A stretch of DNA of 64,000 bases, taken from assembly GCA_965368975.1 (NCBI GenBank), contig CBDUPA010000007.1, forward strand, positions 217,536 to 281,535, read 5' to 3'. A program made the translations under genes and the position numbers. This stretch comes from an uncultured bacterium (GTDB taxonomy: Bacteria; Acidobacteriota; Thermoanaerobaculia; Multivoradales; JAHZIX01). Below the pieces are notes generated by a model. That model had not been told where the DNA came from. It saw only the letters and a list, made by a program, of their open reading frames with translations, and searched no databases. Shown piece after piece: positions 58,424-64,000 of the stretch. How positions within the stretch are numbered: position 1 is the first letter of the stretch; each line of letters starts with the position of its first letter.

Positions 58424-59205
58424 TAGGCGCGAAGACCTCCTTCCAGGTCGTCATTCAGAGCTGTCAGAGACTGAGTCAGGTCGATGTAGAGCTTGGGGTC
58501 GACGCCCAGCAAGGCACCGCCGGAGTTTTGCGCTTGATCACGCAGGCGAGTCGCCTGGTTCTCGATCTCGCCGGCGGACTGAACGTCTCCGCCGGCGAGC
58601 AAGCGCATGAGATGCTGCGCAGCCTCGCTGTAGACGGCGAACGTGCCACCCGGATCAGATAGGGACTGGACCGGCGTCAGTGGATCGTGGCCAAGCATGC
58701 AGACCGAGAGCTCCTTGAGGCGGAGCACCTCGTCATGCACAATGACCGGCGCCGTCTCGTCGCTCTCGCGAGATCCCAGCTCGACGAGGCGGACCTTGCC
58801 AGGATCAAATTGCGGTGACGCCTGCTTGGCGGCGCCTCCCTCGATCCATGCCCATCGTTGATCGTTGAGAGTTCCGCCAAGCACCCGAATGACGGCGCGG
58901 AGGCCGTCGCTCTCTTCGCTGAGTTCAACGATGGGGCCGAGCGGATCATCATGGTCCCAGGCGCCAACAACGAGATTCTGTTGCTCGTGGTGCTGGCGAA
59001 TCGTCTTCTGCCAGGCCCCTGGCGGGAACACATGGAAGATCCGATAGCCCAGGGCATCGGACAGAGTCTGAGGGCTGTCCAGATTCCGAGTTCGGGCGAA
59101 CAAGCCGCCAACGGTGCGGTCTTTTGCCTCTACGATCTCAAGCTCGCCGACAGTCCCGTCAAGCAGGCAGATCGTCGGAAGCTTTGGAGTGGTCGCGGCA
59201 GGCAT
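58423..59205 (-). CDS. Prohead maturation protease (HK97-like)
   Basis: FPPGAWQKTI, WDHDDPLG, LKELSV; between portal and capsid. Confidence 0.75.
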   Translation of the reverse strand: MPAATTPKLPTICLLDGTVGELEIVEAKDRTVGGLFARTRNLDSPQTLSDALGYRIFHVFPPGAWQKTIRQHHEQQNLVVGAWDHDDPLGPIVELSEESDGLRAVIRVLGGTLNDQRWAWIEGGAAKQASPQFDPGKVRLVELGSRESDETAPVIVHDEVLRLKELSVCMLGHDPLTPVQSLSDPGGTFAVYSEAAQHLMRLLAGGDVQSAGEIENQATRLRDQAQNSGGALLGVDPKLYIDLTQSLTALNDDLEGGLRA

Positions 59206-59257
59206 GCCGCTAGCATAGAGCAGAATTATCCAAAAGTGAAGAAGATATCCACTGTGG

Positions 59258-60448
59258 CTAATCGGTGGGTGCGCGCTGCTCTTCCGAAGGCTTGGTAGGC
59301 GGCGGACCGGCGCCCTGCACCGGCAACTCTGCGTACCTCGCGGCCAGCTCCGGATCGTACCCGGCGGTGACCAGCGTCTGGTAGACCTTGGCGGGGGATT
59401 CCCTGTCCTTGCTCAGCTCGGAGATCTTGCCGAAGTTGAACATGATTCGCAGGACGCCGATGGTCGAGGGATCCGGGGCCCACAGGAGCTTCTTGGTGAG
59501 CGATCCGGCGGCCAGGCTGGCGGCCAGCTTGACGCCGATTCGCCAAAGTGCTTGCAGCGCCTGGCGCAGGTTCCCGTAGGACGCCGCGTCGCCGCTCATC
59601 ATCGGGCCCAGGATGCCGAACACCATGCCGGCTGCGAGAGCGTAGAACTTGCGACCGTCCATGAATTCCAGTCCGCCGGTCGGACCGCCGAAGGACTCGT
59701 ACTTAGCCTCGCCGCCAAAGAGCCATGGAGCGTAGAAGTTACCACTCGCCAGCTTGTCGTCGAGCTGCTCATTGATCCATTTGAGCTTTTCGTCCAACTG
59801 ATCTTTTCTCTTGATCGTCGGATCGACAACCGCGCCACCCCGGCCACCCTGGCGAGCCGAGTTGAGCCACCACCAGCCCCAGCTTTGGTCGGCGCGGACT
59901 TCCGTCATGAGCGGTCGCAGTGGGGGATCACCGGTACCGGGTGTCAGGAGATCGGGCCAGTACGTGTGAATGACTTCCTCGCGCTTGAGGATGGTTCCCG
60001 ATGGGCCGAACTTGTAGTGATCAACCGAAGCGGGGCCCATGACAGGGTTTACGTCATCAGGGATGAGCGGGTAGAGGTAGCGGGCCACCTGCCCGCCACC
60101 CGGCGCGTAGTGGAAGCTTTGGCCGCCGACCAGCAGGGTCGTCAGGTACTTGTACAGCCATGCCTCGTAGCACATATCTGGGTGCGGATCGATGCAGACC
60201 TTCGACAACGGGTGATCGTAAACGGGCTCCCACGAGTCTCCGTCCCAGCGCTCGACTCGAAGAGGCAGTTCGCCGGCAAGCTTGGCAATCAGCTGGACGC
60301 CGACAGCGACGGGCCAGCTCTTGTGGTACGCACCCCTGACGGCTTCCTCGAAGCCGAACTCGCCCTGAACCTCCTGGTCCTGAAACTGCGGCCCGAGTGG
60401 TGGACCGAAGTTTCCGGCGCGCGGACGAAAGAAGTTCGAAACGCTCAA
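59258..60448 (-). CDS. Portal protein
   Basis: HPL...PHP, LYPLIPD, EEVIH, GDPPL; between TerL and protease. Confidence 0.85.
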   Translation of the reverse strand: MSVSNFFRPRAGNFGPPLGPQFQDQEVQGEFGFEEAVRGAYHKSWPVAVGVQLIAKLAGELPLRVERWDGDSWEPVYDHPLSKVCIDPHPDMCYEAWLYKYLTTLLVGGQSFHYAPGGGQVARYLYPLIPDDVNPVMGPASVDHYKFGPSGTILKREEVIHTYWPDLLTPGTGDPPLRPLMTEVRADQSWGWWWLNSARQGGRGGAVVDPTIKRKDQLDEKLKWINEQLDDKLASGNFYAPWLFGGEAKYESFGGPTGGLEFMDGRKFYALAAGMVFGILGPMMSGDAASYGNLRQALQALWRIGVKLAASLAAGSLTKKLLWAPDPSTIGVLRIMFNFGKISELSKDRESPAKVYQTLVTAGYDPELAARYAELPVQGAGPPPTKPSEEQRAPTD

Positions 60449-60723
60449 GGCCTGGACCTGTTGAGCACCCAGTCGATGAACACTTGCGGAGCGCCCGGCG
60501 GAGGAACATCAGCTTCCTTGCCGCTCCACTTCCAGGGCTTCTCGCCAAGGAGTCCGAGGACCGCCAATCCTAGAGAATTCATCGCTCCGACATACCAGAG
60601 CAACTGGACTCCGGTGACCAAGAGCCAGGCCCCGAGGCCGAGGTACCAGCTGACGCCAAGGGCGATGCATTGAAGTCCGATCACGTGCAGCGCGAACAGC
60701 CGGGCTCCGGGTGAAATTCTCAT
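60445..60723 (-). CDS. Small membrane protein between TerL and portal
   Basis: Hydrophobic helices; overlap with portal start. Confidence 0.55.
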   Translation of the reverse strand: MRISPGARLFALHVIGLQCIALGVSWYLGLGAWLLVTGVQLLWYVGAMNSLGLAVLGLLGEKPWKWSGKEADVPPPGAPQVFIDWVLNRSRP

Positions 60724-60744
60724 TGAGTGAGAATCTAGCACAGA

Positions 60745-62421
60745 TCAGCGCCGCGGTGACGCCCAGAGGTTCCCGCCGCGGCCGTCCGTCAGCACCCGCA
60801 TGGCGCCCGCGATCGCGTCCGCCTCGTCGTCCACCTCGACGGGTCGCGTGCCAGTGAGCGCGTGGAGTCGCCGGACGAAATCATCCGTCCAGTCGGCCTC
60901 GACGACCGCCATGTTGCCGGCTTCCAGCTGAGTCAGAGAGGGAATCCAGTTGGTGTACTTGCGGCCCGTCGGCCTTCCCGACTCGACCGGATACCCGGCC
61001 AGCGCGTCGAGGGCCATCTGCTCGGCCACCTCCTCGCCGATCTTGCCGAGATCCTCCCAGAGCCAGATCGTGCAGTTGTGCCCGTCCGCCTCTGCCGCCT
61101 CGCGGTAGATCTTCCTGCGCTCAGCCCAGCCGACCTGGACGCGAATCACGTCTACGACGTAGTACGCGGGCTTTCCGGCCGCCTCGGCGGATTCGGAGTA
61201 CCCCATCAGGACGCCGGCCGTCCAGTCGCCGTCACCAGGCGTGTAGGCCGCATCCCAGCTCCGGCAGTACACCAGGTCGTCAGGTAGCTGATCCCGTCGA
61301 ACGCGCTGCCACCAGTCGCTGCACCAGACCTTTCCAGCCTCCTGGGTGATCTTCCAGTTGCCCTTCAGGAGCTGCTCGCGCAGCACGAGCGGGAGGCCGT
61401 TCAGCGCGGCCAGGTAGCGGCTGTTGCCCTCCAGGAGGATCTTGTTGTCGTAGACGGATGAGCGGATGAACGTAAAGCTGAGCGGCCTGTCCTCCGCCTC
61501 GGTGACCGAAATTCCTGGCTCGTTCTGAACGACCCAGGCGGACGCCTCGTCGCGGGATGCAAACCACTGCAGCTTGTTGGTTTTCTTGTTCCGCACGAAC
61601 CAGCGGACGACGCCGTCGCGATCCTCGCGGGCGTACCCATCGTCGTCGAGGTACCAGTCGATGAACTGGTGAATCCACCCGCCCGGATCCTCTGGGGCTG
61701 CCGGGTTGACGGAGGCTCGAACCAGGAGCGGGTATCCCGCGTCGTTGCGACCTCTCGAGGTCAGCTCCCAGTAGTCCGCCTCCCGATGCTCCTCGAGCTG
61801 ATCGAAGCAGATCAGGCCCACCTGGGCACCGCGAAAGTTCTTGGCAGTGCCCTCGTCCTTGAGATGGCCGAAGTGGACCTGGGCGCCGGTCGAGAAAAGG
61901 TGCCTCTTGGTGGGGTTCTGGCGCTCTCCTAGCCAGAACTTCTTGGATCTCCGACCCTCGTTGAGTCGCTCGTAGAACCGAATTGACTCATCCCAGAGCG
62001 CGCCTGGCTTGGTGAGTGAGCTTTCAAGTCGCCGAAGGAAGATCGCTCTGAATCCGGGGACATGGAGACCCCGCAGGGTCTCCATCAGCAGGGCGAAGGT
62101 CTTCCCTCCGGCTACTGATCCACCAAAAAAAACCACGTCTGCTGGGCTCGCCAAGAACCGCGTCTGTGGCCCCGGTTGAGGGCCCGCGAGCCTGACATGC
62201 GACGGCGCTGGCGGGAGCTCTACATGGGGAATCCGCTTGGCGATAGCTCGGCAGGTCCGACAGGGCTTGCTGGCGATGTCGCCGGCGGGACCCTTCAGCG
62301 AGGCCCCGCAGATCGCTTCCTCGTCGCTCCGGCCTGGAGCCAGGTGCCACGCACGCCCTCTCCGGCCGACCATTGGCCAGAACTTCTTGAAGGCATCGGC
62401 GAGGGAGGTCTCAACTGCCAC
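60745..62421 (-). CDS. Terminase large subunit
   Basis: PQPGPQTRFL, GGSVAGGKT Walker A, RSWDAA, DDEADA nuclease motifs. Confidence 0.95.
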   Translation of the reverse strand: MAVETSLADAFKKFWPMVGRRGRAWHLAPGRSDEEAICGASLKGPAGDIASKPCRTCRAIAKRIPHVELPPAPSHVRLAGPQPGPQTRFLASPADVVFFGGSVAGGKTFALLMETLRGLHVPGFRAIFLRRLESSLTKPGALWDESIRFYERLNEGRRSKKFWLGERQNPTKRHLFSTGAQVHFGHLKDEGTAKNFRGAQVGLICFDQLEEHREADYWELTSRGRNDAGYPLLVRASVNPAAPEDPGGWIHQFIDWYLDDDGYAREDRDGVVRWFVRNKKTNKLQWFASRDEASAWVVQNEPGISVTEAEDRPLSFTFIRSSVYDNKILLEGNSRYLAALNGLPLVLREQLLKGNWKITQEAGKVWCSDWWQRVRRDQLPDDLVYCRSWDAAYTPGDGDWTAGVLMGYSESAEAAGKPAYYVVDVIRVQVGWAERRKIYREAAEADGHNCTIWLWEDLGKIGEEVAEQMALDALAGYPVESGRPTGRKYTNWIPSLTQLEAGNMAVVEADWTDDFVRRLHALTGTRPVEVDDEADAIAGAMRVLTDGRGGNLWASPRR

Positions 62422-62461
62422 GCGCGCGCGCTCCTAAGAGGTTACTAGTTAGATATCTATA

Positions 62462-62577
62462 GGATCCGGATCCGGATCCGGATCCGGACACTGTTAATAG
62501 GGTCGAGTCACTGTGACCCGACCTCAAAAGTGGACACCGTGAAAATCCACAGGTTTTCCACAGGAAAAATCCACAGG
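62462..62577. repeat. (GGATCC)x4.5 array plus three TCCACAGG repeats
   Basis: 62462-62488 and 62546/62557/62570. Confidence 0.75.
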
Positions 62578-62599
62578 CAAGGAGTATGCCACCCTTGGT

Positions 62600-62992
62600 C
62601 TAAAAATCGGGGTAAGGGGGGTCACCTTGTGCGTGAGACGCCGCCGCGGCTGAGGGTGAGCGGCGCGCTCCGCTGCAGCTATCCTTTTCGCCGGGCCGAC
62701 GTCGTGGCTGGCGCGTCCCTGGGTCGAGAAGTTGGTATGCACTCGGGTGGCCGGGCTGGCGATGGACGGCGATGAGGCCGGCGGCTTCGAGCGCCGGCAA
62801 GGCGCGGCGGATCGTCTCGACCGAGAGCCCGGTCAGCTCGGCAAGCTCCGCGCGCGGCAGCGGCTTGGTCCGCTGCTCGGCGCCGGCGGCAAAGAGGCAC
62901 AGCGCCGTGTAGAGGTGGCCCGCCGATGGCGACACCGCCGAGGCATGGCGCAGCTCCGCCGCTCTGACTCTCGTGTGCCACTCGCCATCCAT
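62600..62992 (-). CDS. Winged-HTH protein (replication-initiator N-terminus-like)
   Basis: HLYTALC...RAELAELTGLSVETIRRALPALEAAGLI...AYQL. Confidence 0.7.
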   Translation of the reverse strand: MDGEWHTRVRAAELRHASAVSPSAGHLYTALCLFAAGAEQRTKPLPRAELAELTGLSVETIRRALPALEAAGLIAVHRQPGHPSAYQLLDPGTRQPRRRPGEKDSCSGARRSPSAAAASHAQGDPPYPDF

Positions 62993-62999
62993 GGCGGAA

Positions 63000-63050
63000 G
63001 TTTTAGCCGCCGTGGATTAGTTTGTCAATTTTGGATAATTTCTGTATAGT
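63000..63050. promoter_or_regulatory. Overlapping divergent sigma70-like promoters
   Basis: + strand TTGTCA-N17-TATAGT; - strand TTGACA-N17-TAAAAC; AT-rich. Confidence 0.5.
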
Positions 63051-63060
63051 CCTGCTCATC

Positions 63061-63357
63061 ATGAGCCAGGAACACCGCATTCGCCACATCCGCAATCGCA
63101 TTCTGGGCGATCTGCCGCCACTGCCGCCGCTGACGGTCAAGCAGTTGGCGCAGGTCGCTGGGGTGAGCGCGGACAACCTATACCACCAGCTCTCTGCCGG
63201 TGAGTGTCCGTTCAAGCCTAGGAGACTCAGCCGAAAGGGTGCCTACAGGTTCTCCGCGCTGAAGGTGGCGAAGACAATATGCGAGCTGGAGGGCGACACC
63301 TCCGACGAGGCGGTTGCCGACAGGTACGCTGAGATGGGGCACTTGCTGGGTTCTTGA
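63061..63357 (+). CDS. Excisionase/AlpA-like HTH protein
   Basis: LTVKQLAQVAGVSADNLYHQLSAGECPFKP...YRF. Confidence 0.65.
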   Translation: MSQEHRIRHIRNRILGDLPPLPPLTVKQLAQVAGVSADNLYHQLSAGECPFKPRRLSRKGAYRFSALKVAKTICELEGDTSDEAVADRYAEMGHLLGS

Positions 63358-63470
63358 GCGGTGAGCTCTGAAGCACGAGAACGATAGGACAGTCTTTCGA
63401 AGCTTGTTCATCCTCTTGCAAGAAGCTAGCCTGAAGAAGTTCGGGTTCAACTTCCTGAAGGAGTGCGCTC

Positions 63471-63983
63471 ATGGCTGATGAAGAGCAGGTAGAGATATTG
63501 CTGCGCGGCGTGAAGGAGTGGAACGAGTGGCGTAGCAAGAGACCCGACTCGATCCCTGTCAGAGGGATTGACTTCCGAGAGGCGGGCCTTCACGGACCTG
63601 ATCTCCGCGGGGTGAACCTCGAGTCGGCGGACCTTAGGGGGGTGAACCTTCGCAGCGCAAACCTCGCAGAGGCAAGCCTCGAAGGCGCGAAACTCGCTGC
63701 AGCAGACCTTTCCGATGCCGACCTCAGTGGAGCGAATCTCAGTTACGCTCAACTTGATGGAGCAAATCTGGACGAGGCAGTTCTCGCGTCGGCAAACCTT
63801 CGAAGCGCAAACCTCAGCGGTGCGACTCTCCGGGGAACGGATCTTAGAGAGGCGGATCTTGCCTTTGCGGATCTCAGCCAAGCTACAACCGGGGCGGCGG
63901 GGGCCCTGCGGATCCGCCGACTGTTCCGCGTGTCAAGGGTCGGGGTGCCTATTCCGACGAATCCGACCGGGTATTCCGACTGA
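63471..63983 (+). pseudogene. Pentapeptide-repeat protein, apparently interrupted near 63900
   Basis: EILLRGVKEWNEWR start and A-x-L repeats, then abrupt read-through into IS-like sequence. Confidence 0.6.
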
Positions 63984-64000
63984 ATCCGATCTGGAGTCGG
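63946..64000. mobile_element. Probable IS21-family terminus
   Basis: Starts TG; internal repeat TATTCCGAC(T)GAATCCGA at 63950 and 63972. Confidence 0.55.

Larger units (their letters stand above)
24077..63357. mobile_element. Siphovirus-like prophage integrated at tRNA-His; right boundary (attR) not seen
   Basis: Integrase next to the tRNA; early, head, tail and lysis modules all present. Confidence 0.9.

Noticed and set aside
62126-62133. A8 run in terL as a programmed slippage site
   Set aside because: In frame (Val-Phe-Phe before Walker A); no evidence for a useful alternative-frame product
63358-63470. TCGGGTTCAAC as attR copy of the tRNA T-arm
   Set aside because: Match too short; no CCGCCCCTCGGTACCA duplicate seen in the window

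Overview
GC-rich bacterial DNA, most likely Acidobacteriota (Thermoanaerobaculia-like; inferred from an ADOP-type permease and overall gene content). Positions 1-24 kb hold ordinary host genes: amidase, secreted glutaminase-like protein, BNR beta-propeller, MltD-like transglycosylase, ABC transporters, S9 peptidase, FIST, ETF-QO, acyltransferase, AroD-AroE fusion and EgtD. These end at a tRNA-His(GTG) that lacks the usual G-1:C73 pair. Directly downstream is a ~39 kb siphovirus-type prophage. It has a tyrosine integrase, an HTH switch and a rightward early/replication arm, and a leftward late arm (TerL, portal, protease, HK97-like capsid, neck, tail tube, frameshifted tail chaperone, tape measure, tail, holin, M15 endolysin). 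attR is not in the window, which ends in a probable IS21-family terminus. The most striking region is the accessory zone where the two arms converge (35.4-39.6 kb). A TPR-type protein faces a 34-aa peptide ending SAAIDPDG and a 199-aa precursor built from 19 tandem variants of the same xSxxIDP[D/N]G nonamer; both peptide genes share a 15-bp upstream motif. This is a candidate phage-borne peptide signalling system (RRNPP/arbitrium-like logic). An unannotated orphan double-glycine RiPP precursor lies nearby. TerS is also separated from TerL by the integration site. All family assignments come from motif recognition, not database searches.
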